A stretch of 64,000 nt of DNA from a virus (Duplodnaviria > Caudoviricetes), in IMG/VR virus record IMGVR_UViG_3300027374_000478, positions 32,001 to 96,000 of that record. One strand, written 5' to 3'. The notes beneath the pieces were generated by a model that was not told the DNA's origin, did no database searches, and saw only the letters and a list, made by a program, of their open reading frames with translations. Shown piece after piece: positions 20,308 through 30,791 of the stretch (the stretch's first letter is position 1; every line of letters starts with the position of its first letter). The position numbers and the translations under genes were made by a program.

Positions 20308-21336
20308 CCTTTGTACCCTCGGTTTCCCGATATTTATTAGGGGAGTAGACTATCTCTTCATCCTCTAAAAGAGGAGGTTGGCACTTCCCAATAAGCATTT
20401 CATCTTATCAGTAAAGATTTCATAGACTGTTCTAGTCAGTATATCCTAGTCGTTACACCTTCAAACACATCCCTGTGTAAGCTTGGCACGGTATCTTCAT
20501 ATGGTTTATTGAAATTTAGGCTATTTTCTTATAAAAATGTTTTAAGTATTTCTTATTTTTATTAGATGCAATAATAATATTGCTCCTAATTGAATCTATA
20601 TTAGCTTTTGTAAAATTATTATCTATTAAATATTCTGCACAAGCACCAATCCATCCAAATGTATCAATGTAATTCATTTCTTCATCGTATAATTCTATTT
20701 TTACAGCACGACCATTTTGTTGTGCAGGTCTACTTAATTTTTCTTTTGCTATATTTGGATTATTTTTGTAAAATTCAGATAATGAATGGTTTCCATAATT
20801 AGGATTATTCCTACCATTAAAATCACGTTGTTTATATCTTCCGTTATTTGAACTGTGTTGGATATTTTCCTGATGTGTGCACCATTCTAAATTATCAACT
20901 CGATTATTTTTTCTATTAAAATCAATATGATTGACCTCTGATTTATTTTCTGGATTTGGTATATAATGTCTTGCTACGAGAATATGTATACCTAAAGTTT
21001 TATTATTACCATTTTTACTTAACGTTACAGTATGATATCCATCAGAATTTATTTTAGGGGTTTTAATTATGCCTTTTCTAAACTGAGAAATGCCATCCTT
21101 CCTAGTAATTATTCTGTCCATACTTTTAACTCTACCTAAATTACTTACTTGATACAAACCTTCATAATCTTTAATATTTTGCCAAATTTCTGTTACTATA
21201 ATATACTCCTCCGTATTATAAACCACTTAGATTTTTACCGTTAGCAGATAAGAGCCTACCTTATCCACACCTTATATTTATAAGTTCACCAACTTTATTT
21301 TGAGGATGTTACCATCCAAAGCAGACTATATGGTTA
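20308..21336 (-). mobile_element. group I intron (1029 nt) with homing endonuclease ORF
   Basis: P1 GCAGAU/GUCUGC with U-G at the 5' splice site; R-like GTAACGACTA and S-like AAGAGATAGTC (P7 GACTA/TAGTC); terminal G; splicing restores frame and the GADFDSD motif. Confidence 0.93.
20516..21199 (-). CDS. intron-encoded NUMOD4-HNH homing endonuclease
   Basis: EIWQNIKDYEGLYQVSNLGRVKS (NUMOD4); HILVA...VNHIDFNRKNNRVDNLEW (HNH); SD GGAGG points to an ATA start at 21199. Confidence 0.92.
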   Translation of the reverse strand: MVTEIWQNIKDYEGLYQVSNLGRVKSMDRIITRKDGISQFRKGIIKTPKINSDGYHTVTLSKNGNNKTLGIHILVARHYIPNPENKSEVNHIDFNRKNNRVDNLEWCTHQENIQHSSNNGRYKQRDFNGRNNPNYGNHSLSEFYKNNPNIAKEKLSRPAQQNGRAVKIELYDEEMNYIDTFGWIGACAEYLIDNNFTKANIDSIRSNIIIASNKNKKYLKHFYKKIA

Positions 21337-23175
21337 ATCTGCACCACTTAATCTTTCTAATATATTTTCTCCAATACTGTTAATACAAATGATATTTGTT
21401 GTAAGATTAAAATATCTATCGATAATTTCACAAGCAACATTTTTGGTTATCAGGATATTCCCAATTGTGACATGTGGACTCCTGCTTCCCAGAATTTCAT
21501 ATCCATAAGGATATCTTGTACTATGTACTGTTCCAGATATAAGAATGGATGAACCATCAAATTTTCCTATTGACTGTAATAACATTTCATATGGATTTCC
21601 AAATAAGGTTGCATAAGTTCCGTTGAGAAGAATGTGTCCTTTTCTCATATTTTTTAAATATGAACGGCATAAATCCTTTTTAAACTCATAATAAATACGT
21701 GTTTTATGAAAATCACAGTTATAATTCAGCAACTTATATACAATCTCATTTTTATTCTTCATGATATTATTATCTTCAAATTCAATCCTATCTTCTGTAT
21801 CACTGAATTTTAAATGATATCTCATCACATCCACGTCAGTATTGATTAAATTAATATATTCCAACCCATCTTTGGTTATATGCTTAATTTCATTCTGTGA
21901 TAACTGTAAAGTATTCAGAAGCTGGTAATGAGCCTGAACCATCCGCCCACCAAAATAATGTGTATCCTTGTCATGCTTCACAATACCGAAAAATGGATAG
22001 ATATTTTCCAACCATGTTTTTAGATTTCCAAATTTATAAAACTTAATACTGGATGGAGTAGTAATAAGTTTTATGTCTTTTATATCCTGTGCTATTGTTT
22101 CACCATTTAGCTGTGAAATATCAGTTATATTGTTATCTTCAAAAAACTTTTGAATATTAGTATTAAAACAACATGACTTAAAAAACTTATTTCTCAATAA
22201 CAGCATTCCTTTTGACAGATATTTTCCCATCAATGAAAAATCAATCAAAGATTGCCCGTCCCAAATGGAATTAGAAATCTCCATCTGCTTTTCTTCTGTC
22301 TTAAGCCATCCATCCCCACCTAAGTCAGTACATACAGCATTATCACAGAATGTACTTGTCCAATCATCAATAACAAGTATATTTTCTGGACGGATTTCAA
22401 GTGTATCTATAATACTGCTTGTGGGCAATGATATATATGCCTCAAATGCAGCAATATCTAATTCGTCACCTGTTTTTATATTTAATCCACATTGTTCAGA
22501 GAGATGCATATCAGAATATAGGCGTTTATCAATAAAAAGACATTTTCCAACTCTTGCTGATCCACTAGACCTTTTAAATCTGCAATAATGAATGCCATTA
22601 CATATAAATCCGTTTTCATAACACCATTCTCTCAGCCATTTTGCAGATTTCACGGTTTTTATTGTCTTTATTAACAAATAAGTATATGTCATTTTTTTCT
22701 CATCATAAGTACAGGTAAAATAAGATGGCAGAAGAGTAGTGTCTATAGAGTTATAAAAGGGTTCATCTACTTTCAGTGCTACCAAAATTTTATTACCCTC
22801 ATTATCTGTATCAATTGCATATCCGTCAATCAAATCATAGTCCCTTAAATTATAACCGTTTCTAACATAAGTATTTTTTGCAGTCTTATTAAACTCTTTG
22901 ACGGCGTATTTAAAAGTCACGTTTATAACTTTTGATGAATATTTTTTTCCTTTATGCTCAAATGACAAAGAATCTTTTTTGCCATATACTTTTCTTGCCA
23001 CATCTCGCAATTCTATTAAGTCTAAACTGTAGTCAAAGCTATTGATGTATTTTCCCAAATTATCAGTACCATCCTTACGGGTAAGTTTATACCCATAAGG
23101 AGTGCTTTTGATAAAATTATTTGATAAGTACAAATCCTTGGCATCAATTGATGGGATATATAAATTATTTCTCAT
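21337..23175 (-). CDS. yonO: YonO-type single-subunit RNA polymerase, exon 1
   Basis: RSSGSARVGKCLF, IWDGQSL, LLRNKFFKSC, RSPH motifs; ends RLSGAD at the intron boundary; spliced product 948 aa. Confidence 0.9.
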
Positions 23176-25046
23176 TACTGACGCACCTCCATTACACGAT
23201 ATCCATATTGTTCCATATTTTTCATAACCAGTTTCATTTTATTAACTAAAGCATTACGCAATCTCTTGTCAGAAGACAGATACCCTTCTGATAAATCAAT
23301 ATGTTCTTTTGTCATGTGCCACTCAGAAGGATTAATATATACTTGATCTATTTCCAGGTGTAGAACGCCAATACAATTAAAAATTAACGATGCTTTCCAA
23401 AAACCATTTTTACAATTATTTATCTGAGACACTAAATCAATGACCGTATTGAATCTTTCTATGAAGTTATCAATTTCTCGCTTCGCAGATTCTATTACAC
23501 ATAAAAACTTATCTTTTTCAAGCGTGAGTTTTTCAGTATAAATGATTCCGTTATAAATTTCCAAATCAAAATATATGCCAGATTCCTGATCCTTATTGCA
23601 TTTTTTCTTATATCCAACATGGACTTTAGCATCAACATTTTTATAATTCCGCAAATCAGAAATAAGTGCCTGTGTTTCTTTGCTCTTTATATAATTCTCT
23701 AAAAAGTCCTTCTCAGCCCTATCCTTTAATTCATGCTGGATTTCCTGAGACAATAAATCAATACTCAGTTTTTCGATATGTCGTCCTTCTAAAATTGATT
23801 CAAGCTTATTCATCTCTGTTGTCTTTAAAACAGTATAGCGATTATTATTAAATCTAACTTTATATCCATTTTTCTCAAATTTTGATAATTCTTTCTCATA
23901 ATCCGTTAGCTGTTCTTTGTATTCAACAGTCTTGTTAAATATATCTTTCAGTTCTGAAAGTTTATTTTTGGGTATTTCTATCTCTTCAACACTAAATATA
24001 TTTCTTTTGAAAATTATCTTAGGATATCCAGTAGACTTTTCAAAATCCCATCCATTATGTTTGCATCTCAAATAAAAATCATTATATATAATATGCTCTG
24101 TCTGTATATTCAGCCTGATACCAATTTCATATGTTCTTCCTTTGTAATTTCTTACATCAAAATAGACATTTTCATCAAATGGAATACCAATGGAATTCCT
24201 GATATTACCTATCACTTTTTTATTAATTGTGTCCAATACATCTTTCTTTAAATGAGACACACATTGCTTTCTTTTTATAATTTCAAAGCATGAAACCATA
24301 TCTTCATATGGCATAGTGTCAATACATTTTAAAATATCTTCTTTTGAACTATTTTCAATAATTTTTTGCCAGAACCAGTCTAATTTTTCTATCCTTGCTT
24401 TATAATCAAGAACTTTTTGTCTTGTTAGTTCATTCTTTATCTTTGCAATTGTTGTGGCATATAAGTCTCTTTTAATATATGTCTTGGAATAACAAATGCC
24501 ATCATGGTACAAGTATGTAAATTTTGGGATGATACTTATGTCAGTTTTACACATATATTCTTTAACATTGACTTCCACGACAGAATTTCCAAGAGCGTCC
24601 CACTTACAAAAATAATCATCTCCTGTTTTCCTGTTGGTGAAAAATATTTCAAAATAAATTGTTTCACCAGACGATGTATATACTGTAATATCTGGTATAT
24701 ATTTTCCAAAAGGAGTATCCCATGCTGTCTCAATATTTATAGAATCTACTTCAAATATATCATCATCTATATAAAATTTACTTCCCTTTTCAAATAACCA
24801 ATTTTTACAGAAGAAATGTAATTGACTTTCTTTTGTGCATTTTCCCGTAATATGATAATAATGCGATTGCTCCTTGGTACTATCTAGCGCCCTTGGTTTT
24901 ACAATTCCACCACAACACGGACAATAATACTCTTTGTCGTGCTTTGCTTTTTTTACATGAATAAGATTGGCAAATTCATCGTTACTATCATAAGCAACGA
25001 TCAGTTGCGGCAAATATTCAAAAATATCCATATAGTTCCTCCTCAT
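23175..25046 (-). CDS. CoiA-like Zn-finger/PD-(D/E)xK nuclease domain protein
   Basis: YYCPCCG...HYYH...CTKESQLH...IPDITV...YFEI. Confidence 0.6.
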   Translation of the reverse strand: MRRNYMDIFEYLPQLIVAYDSNDEFANLIHVKKAKHDKEYYCPCCGGIVKPRALDSTKEQSHYYHITGKCTKESQLHFFCKNWLFEKGSKFYIDDDIFEVDSINIETAWDTPFGKYIPDITVYTSSGETIYFEIFFTNRKTGDDYFCKWDALGNSVVEVNVKEYMCKTDISIIPKFTYLYHDGICYSKTYIKRDLYATTIAKIKNELTRQKVLDYKARIEKLDWFWQKIIENSSKEDILKCIDTMPYEDMVSCFEIIKRKQCVSHLKKDVLDTINKKVIGNIRNSIGIPFDENVYFDVRNYKGRTYEIGIRLNIQTEHIIYNDFYLRCKHNGWDFEKSTGYPKIIFKRNIFSVEEIEIPKNKLSELKDIFNKTVEYKEQLTDYEKELSKFEKNGYKVRFNNNRYTVLKTTEMNKLESILEGRHIEKLSIDLLSQEIQHELKDRAEKDFLENYIKSKETQALISDLRNYKNVDAKVHVGYKKKCNKDQESGIYFDLEIYNGIIYTEKLTLEKDKFLCVIESAKREIDNFIERFNTVIDLVSQINNCKNGFWKASLIFNCIGVLHLEIDQVYINPSEWHMTKEHIDLSEGYLSSDKRLRNALVNKMKLVMKNMEQYGYRVMEVRQ

Positions 25047-25101
25047 ATAATAATAAGTTTTTATAGTTATTACTTCTCTATCACGTCAATAAAATTTCTA
25101 T

Positions 25102-25383
25102 TCAATACACAAAATATACAGGAACTTTATCAATTCCTTTAATCTCTGCAATTCGTACAGAAGAATATCCATCTAATAAATTGAAATCTTTGTCCAAAAT
25201 AATTCTGGATTCAAACTCACCAGTACGGTACCAATATTGCATTTTCTTTTTAAACTTTGTTTTACCTATTCTGGTTTTTCTCCAAGCTGGATTAACTTTA
25301 ATTTCTTTTGTATAGACCCAATATTCATATCCAGTTTCATATTCGCCAAATAATTCTTTGATAAATCTAATAAAACTTTTCAT
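25102..25383 (-). CDS. small ParB-like protein
   Basis: IILDKDFNLLDGYSS...VPV motif; GGAGG SD. Confidence 0.5.
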   Translation of the reverse strand: MKSFIRFIKELFGEYETGYEYWVYTKEIKVNPAWRKTRIGKTKFKKKMQYWYRTGEFESRIILDKDFNLLDGYSSVRIAEIKGIDKVPVYFVY

Positions 25384-25606
25384 ATGTATCCTCCATAGTT
25401 TTAACTTCATATCCCAACCATTCCAACAAGTCTTTCATTCCACATAAACAATCATAATGCCGATATTCCCCATCATCATTGATTAAATATTCTTCGCCTT
25501 CTGAAATCCCTTCACCACAAACAGAGCAGTAGAATATAGATTTTTTGGGAACAAAATTAGGACAGGAAGAATGACATGTATTTTTTAAACATAAATTACA
25601 AATTAT
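25367..25606 (-). CDS. small Cys-rich Zn-binding protein
   Basis: CNLC...CHSSCPN...CSVCG...HYDC; SD AAGGAGGTG then ATA at 25606. Confidence 0.6.
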   Translation of the reverse strand: MICNLCLKNTCHSSCPNFVPKKSIFYCSVCGEGISEGEEYLINDDGEYRHYDCLCGMKDLLEWLGYEVKTMEDTYEKFY

Positions 25607-25626
25607 GCAGCACCTCCTTGGTATAA

Positions 25627-26037
25627 TCAAAAAATTTGTTCATAAACATATCCAGTATCTGATGTATAATATATTTCTTTGATTTCTAAATCTTTTATTG
25701 CCGCCATACAGGAGGGACATGGACGTGACATTCCAAATGGCTGATCTTTCCTGATTCGATATATGTATAACTTGACTTTTGAAAAGTTGACATCCAAATT
25801 CCGAATTGAATTTATACAGCTAATCTCTGCATGTAGTTTTGGCAACATAGTCTCTGACGGTTTGCGGTATTTATTATATTTCTTTTGTATTGGATGGGTT
25901 TTATTGCAATTACACCCAATGCTTATGATATTTCCTTGATACACTGCCACGCATCCGATGTGTATTTTATGAAAATCAGACATGGTGGCAGCTTGTCTTG
26001 CTTTGCAAAAATATTTGTAATCAATTTTCGTTATCAT
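25627..26037 (-). CDS. cytidine/dCMP deaminase-fold protein
   Basis: HAE and RPCPSC Zn-binding motifs. Confidence 0.85.
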   Translation of the reverse strand: MITKIDYKYFCKARQAATMSDFHKIHIGCVAVYQGNIISIGCNCNKTHPIQKKYNKYRKPSETMLPKLHAEISCINSIRNLDVNFSKVKLYIYRIRKDQPFGMSRPCPSCMAAIKDLEIKEIYYTSDTGYVYEQIF

Positions 26038-26512
26038 TTATTTTTTCCAATCTTTCACGTTCAAACAGTTCATTACCACGCTCAAAACATACCAGTTCAT
26101 ATTCGTAGCGTTTTACATAACGATCAAAATATTTTTCTCCGTTTTCATTAGCCACATTAGCAGCCTGGTAAACAATTCTACAAATGTTTTCAACAATGGT
26201 TTCCCTAGTTCCTGATATGTATTGTGTGTCAACTTTTTTAGAAGACAACATCATCCGATCCTCCAAATCGGTACGATTTAACCACATAGAAAGAGCATAT
26301 TTACTATTATGTTTGTCAAAATGATATGCACATTCTACAAAGTAGTTTTCATATCCAAAATCGGATAATTCAATTGTAAGTGTGTTGCCTTTGAATTTTG
26401 GTTGCATCAATTCTCTTAAACTTCTTTTCATTAACATTTTTAAACATCCTCCATATTCTAAATTGTATAGTTGTTTTTTTACACAAAATTTCACGGTCGA
26501 TAATTTTATCAA
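26021..26512 (-). CDS. hypothetical phage protein
   Basis: ORF; true start probably ~26437 after GGAGG. Confidence 0.6.
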   Translation of the reverse strand: MIKLSTVKFCVKKQLYNLEYGGCLKMLMKRSLRELMQPKFKGNTLTIELSDFGYENYFVECAYHFDKHNSKYALSMWLNRTDLEDRMMLSSKKVDTQYISGTRETIVENICRIVYQAANVANENGEKYFDRYVKRYEYELVCFERGNELFERERLEKINDNEN

Positions 26513-26574
26513 TAAGTGTGTTAAAATTTTCTACGCTAATGTGTATCATTTGATTTCTAGCAAATAAATGTATC

Positions 26575-26934
26575 TCAGTTGTGTTTACTTGCTTGGTATT
26601 TTCTCATGCGTTCACCGGTAGCAATTTTCTGTTCTTCAGATAATTCTCTTTTCTTTGCTCTGAAACTGATCAGAATCTTATCTTCAACACGATATGTCTT
26701 ACCTCTACCCGTATCAGCGATGAGAGAGTACATATCAGGACTTGTCTTGCACAATTTATCTAACTTGGTCATATATGTGGTGTCAGAAATATAGATAGTA
26801 GCAAAATTTTCATCTCTCATAAAATTGATACATACTTCCTGTTCTGAAACGGATACTGAATTGGATAATTTTGGTTCTTCAATAGTTGCTTCTTCTTTTT
26901 TATCAATGTCTGTGTATCCAGATTTATTTGACAT
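26575..26934 (-). CDS. hypothetical phage protein
   Basis: 119 aa ORF, GAGGTGA SD. Confidence 0.6.
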   Translation of the reverse strand: MSNKSGYTDIDKKEEATIEEPKLSNSVSVSEQEVCINFMRDENFATIYISDTTYMTKLDKLCKTSPDMYSLIADTGRGKTYRVEDKILISFRAKKRELSEEQKIATGERMRKYQASKHN

Positions 26935-26940
26935 CTATAA

Positions 26941-27501
26941 TCACCTCTCTAACCAAACTTCCCAATAACCATCACAATATTTTGTTCTTAAATCGCTAAA
27001 ATGAAATTTCAAAAGTTCCTCAATCTGATATATAAAATAGCAATAATCCCTTTGGTTACTACGAATATTCTTTAATACATCGTTGATAAATGAACAATAT
27101 TCCTGCCAATTTGTCTTTCCGTGATATATACCTTGTGTTTCTTCATTCCACATTCCTGATTCTTTTGAATATTGTCCTGTTAGTTTTGTAATATTTTTGT
27201 CATATGGCTTAATGAATGTTTTTCGTACATTAAATTCTTTTTGCCATTTTTCATCTGTAAGAGTGGAAGATGGTCTTCCATTTGTATTTGAGACAATTCG
27301 CATCTCTCTAAGTTCTTCTAAAGTCATATGTTTATATCTTTGCCGTTCCTTTCGTCGATTAGATTCTTTAACATCTTTTATCTGATTACTAATTCTATTT
27401 TTGTTTGGAAAATTAGTATTAAAGTCTTCAAGATCAACTTTTCCTCCAAATTTTGTGTGATCTACTTCATAAATTCCATATCTGTTAGTTGTCTGTGTCA
27501 T
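26941..27501 (-). CDS. hypothetical phage protein
   Basis: 186 aa ORF, AAGGAG SD. Confidence 0.6.
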   Translation of the reverse strand: MTQTTNRYGIYEVDHTKFGGKVDLEDFNTNFPNKNRISNQIKDVKESNRRKERQRYKHMTLEELREMRIVSNTNGRPSSTLTDEKWQKEFNVRKTFIKPYDKNITKLTGQYSKESGMWNEETQGIYHGKTNWQEYCSFINDVLKNIRSNQRDYCYFIYQIEELLKFHFSDLRTKYCDGYWEVWLER

Positions 27502-27660
27502 TAGTTACTGTATTTTCTCCTTTTCTGTTTGATAAAATTTTTGATGTTACATTTGTTTTAGTTGTTGTCATAGTCTTTATTTCTCCTTTTGATGATAGAG
27601 TAGTAGTGGTGATGAGGGATATTGATTCATGCTTACAATGCTTATTTCTATGTTGCAGAA

Positions 27661-28515
27661 TTAGTCTTGGTAAAATTTTTTACTTACATAATTTTGAGTT
27701 CTCAAAAATAAAATTCCATATTCCAATTCCTTCTCATAGTTATATTCTTCTTTTGTACATTGAATTATTTGATTATTTCTCCATATATACCGATAAGGAC
27801 AGATATAAATAATATCATCAGTGTGCCAATTATCATTAGAATCTTTATATCTTGGCATCCTATGGGTTTTTATTAAACCAAGTTGTTCTAATACTTCTGT
27901 CGCTTTTGCAATCATTTTTCTATCACTACCTATAAAAGCAGCTATAGACTGAAACTGTGAATAAAATATTTCTGGTTTATTCTTCTTAGATTTTTCAGAA
28001 TGTCCAGATGATTCATTCGTTCTGATCCAAGTAAATGCCTTGATATAAGCTAATAGAAGAAATAATATACTTTTGTTAAGAGGCTTATATGGTGATTGAT
28101 ACTTATTTATTGACTCTACTTCAAAATCATATAAAATACCAAAATTGTTTTTTGGATTCATTTTTTCCATATTAATCAATGATGACTGAAAGGTATTCTG
28201 TATATATTTCTCTTTATCAAAATCAATGATGTATCCATTTTTAAAGAACCAATCCATGCAATCTCTAAACTTGGTAAAAATATTTTTTTCAGTACCCCTA
28301 TGCCAGTTTGGTTTATACTTACACCACTGGATCATATAAATTGGAGAGTAGTGAACAACGTTTTCCCATGTTTGGTTATAATTTAAATAGAGCAAAGCCG
28401 ATAATCTGTGTTCTGGTAAAGTATTTGCCAAAATTACTTCTTTTGGAATCTTTACAAAACGATTTACTGTATCTGGTAATTCTAATGTAGCTGTTGGTGA
28501 TTTATTATTCTCTAT
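27661..28515 (-). CDS. winged-HTH-like protein (possible replication/transcription factor)
   Basis: Frame extends to ATA 28515 after AAAGGAGG; IAAFIGSDRKMIAKATEVLEQLGLI HTH-like segment. Confidence 0.55.
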   Translation of the reverse strand: MENNKSPTATLELPDTVNRFVKIPKEVILANTLPEHRLSALLYLNYNQTWENVVHYSPIYMIQWCKYKPNWHRGTEKNIFTKFRDCMDWFFKNGYIIDFDKEKYIQNTFQSSLINMEKMNPKNNFGILYDFEVESINKYQSPYKPLNKSILFLLLAYIKAFTWIRTNESSGHSEKSKKNKPEIFYSQFQSIAAFIGSDRKMIAKATEVLEQLGLIKTHRMPRYKDSNDNWHTDDIIYICPYRYIWRNNQIIQCTKEEYNYEKELEYGILFLRTQNYVSKKFYQD

Positions 28516-28534
28516 GTAAAAAACGCCTCCTTTC

Positions 28535-29386
28535 TTATACCCACTTAGTTTTCTGTTTTTTTACACAATCATATTCTGTTTGTAATATTTGTTTTCTCTC
28601 TTCGTATGAGTAAATTTCCTGAGAAATAATTAACTGTGTATCATATCGTTCTAATCTTTCTACATCATCTAATTGATCTTCAGAAAAATAATTTCGTATC
28701 TGTTCATTAGAAGATATATTATGTTCTTTGCGATATTGAGTAGCCGACATTCCAAGTATTACAGTATTTAGTAATGAAAACTCAATAGAGTATAAATTGC
28801 CATTAGTAATCCATTCAGGAACGCCATTAAGTAATTCTTCTCTTTTTGTAATCAATGCACCACGCAATTCTTTGCAGTTAATGAGAGTGTTCTTACGATT
28901 TTGATTCCAATTGGTACGATTTTTAAATGCTTTCTCTATAATGATGAAATATCTTCTGACCAAAGCACCAATATCTGTACGCTCTACCATGGCTAACTGT
29001 TTAGCGCAATCAAGAGTAAGATTATAGTCCAGAGTCTCTTTTGGGTGTAAACTGCTATTTTTTACGGTTTCGTACTTTCTGGAAACCGTAAAATAATCAA
29101 TCTCTTTTATCAACTGGTAAGAATTGATACGATTTTCAATCCAATCTGTAAATTTCCAACCATTATTTAATTGTTTATGTAAGTCTCTGGCATTAATCTT
29201 TGAGTCATTTCTATCAGACTGTAAAATGGGCAAATGTGCCTGATATTCAATGATTGTAGAGATTTCTTCATCTGACAATCCATATTGTTTTAATTCTTCC
29301 TTAGTAAATTTTCCATCTTTAAATGAATCACTTTCATATACTTTTTCTTTTCTTGGTTTTGTGGCATTTTTATTTGTAATTCGCAT
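28535..29386 (-). CDS. AntA/AntB family antirepressor
   Basis: INARDLH..L...KFTDWI.NRI...DY.LTLDCAKQLAMVERT..G..VRRYFI. Confidence 0.85.
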   Translation of the reverse strand: MRITNKNATKPRKEKVYESDSFKDGKFTKEELKQYGLSDEEISTIIEYQAHLPILQSDRNDSKINARDLHKQLNNGWKFTDWIENRINSYQLIKEIDYFTVSRKYETVKNSSLHPKETLDYNLTLDCAKQLAMVERTDIGALVRRYFIIIEKAFKNRTNWNQNRKNTLINCKELRGALITKREELLNGVPEWITNGNLYSIEFSLLNTVILGMSATQYRKEHNISSNEQIRNYFSEDQLDDVERLERYDTQLIISQEIYSYEERKQILQTEYDCVKKQKTKWV

Positions 29387-29420
29387 AGTTTTCTTCCTTT
29401 CATTTTCTGTAATTTCTAAG

Positions 29421-29446
29421 GTATATCACATCACAGTGTGATATAC
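29421..29446. repeat. perfect 10-6-10 inverted repeat
   Basis: GTATATCACA-TCACAG-TGTGATATAC; degenerate copy at 29466-29491; TATAAATAAAGACT direct repeats at 29504 and 29523. Confidence 0.75.
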
Positions 29447-29675
29447 TTGAAGAAAAAATGGCAAAGTATGTCACGCCACAGTGTGCAGAATCAGCCGTCT
29501 TTTTATAAATAAAGACTGATTATATAAATAAAGACTACTATCGTAATGAATGATTCATATACATTCATAATCCATTACTCTTTTAAAAACTTTTTGATTG
29601 TTGATGGTTAATGCTATAAGTGTAGAACTGATATAAAATATATTTCTCTTTCTGAAATCACTGTTTATTGGTATT

Positions 29676-30176
29676 ATGGTTGCAATTATTACTGGAATAA
29701 CTTCAATTGCTATTTCTATAATTGCTTTGCGACAAAATTCAAAAATGGTTAAAGAAAGCAATAAGGCTCAAATTGAAATATTTCCTTATAAAGTGTATGG
29801 TGATATATATCCTAAAATCCGGATTCAAAACTTTGGTTAAACAACAGGAATTATAATTAATGTAAAAACTATTCCTGAAATGCCAGTAGAACAAATGGTT
29901 ATTAATTCATTTGATTTTTATAAGGATTTATCGCTTGCTCCAAACCAATCTTTCACCACAATATTCTGTAAAAAGGATTCAAATGATCCAGATGTTCCTG
30001 TTGAAGTATTTGATGTAATACTTACATATAAAACATTAGATAATATTGTAAAATCTACATTTCATATAAATTACAATTTCTTAAATGGTTACACAGAAAC
30101 TAAATCACCATCCAAAACAACAGAAAGTGCACTTGATAAAATCAATCAAAGTATTCAAGGACTTCAGCAAAAATAG
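29676..30176 (+). pseudogene. membrane-anchored moron with premature stop
   Basis: TM N-terminus VAIITGITSIAISIIALRQNSK; in-frame TAA at 29838-29840; same frame continues into ORF 29880-30176. Confidence 0.65.
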
Positions 30177-30791
30177 TGGCTAAGTCGTTTTTAATTTCTG
30201 CTTTGTCTGCCATCTATGGTTACACTGATTCCATGAGATATTGTTTCACCTTTACCATTTTTGATGGTTGGTTTTTCAAATGAAAATTTCTGAGGTATTA
30301 TTTTTGGTTTTGTCATATTTTAGTTATCTCCTTTAGTTTTGAGTGTTATATGTGTTTGGCTATTACTTCTACATTTTGATTTTGATAATGTTATAAATTT
30401 TAAACCTCTATTTTGAGCCGGTAGGAGAGTATATATACAGTAAAATATAAAATATGTAAAATATACCCCTGGTATATATGAAATGATTTATATTTTGAAA
30501 GGTTATGCTGATAATTTATATTTCTACATATGCAAAAATTAAGTTCTGAAAAAAATTTAATTTCCAAGTATTCCGTTAGAAATAAATTTGACTATGAATT
30601 AATATTTTTTTATATTAAATTATTGGAGCAATTTTGAATTTTGATATGCTATTTTCAATTTTCAATCACTATATGATAATTTATAAGTTATGGGGAATAA
30701 ATTGAATTTTTGGATATGATTTTTAGAAATAGATATAATAAAAAAATAGGATACAAGAAATTTGCATACTAAATATAATTTATTTCATTTA

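Noticed and set aside
399-27812. Numerous plus-strand ORFs antisense to structural and late genes
   Set aside because: Shadow ORFs of the minus-strand genes, with no RBS or motifs.
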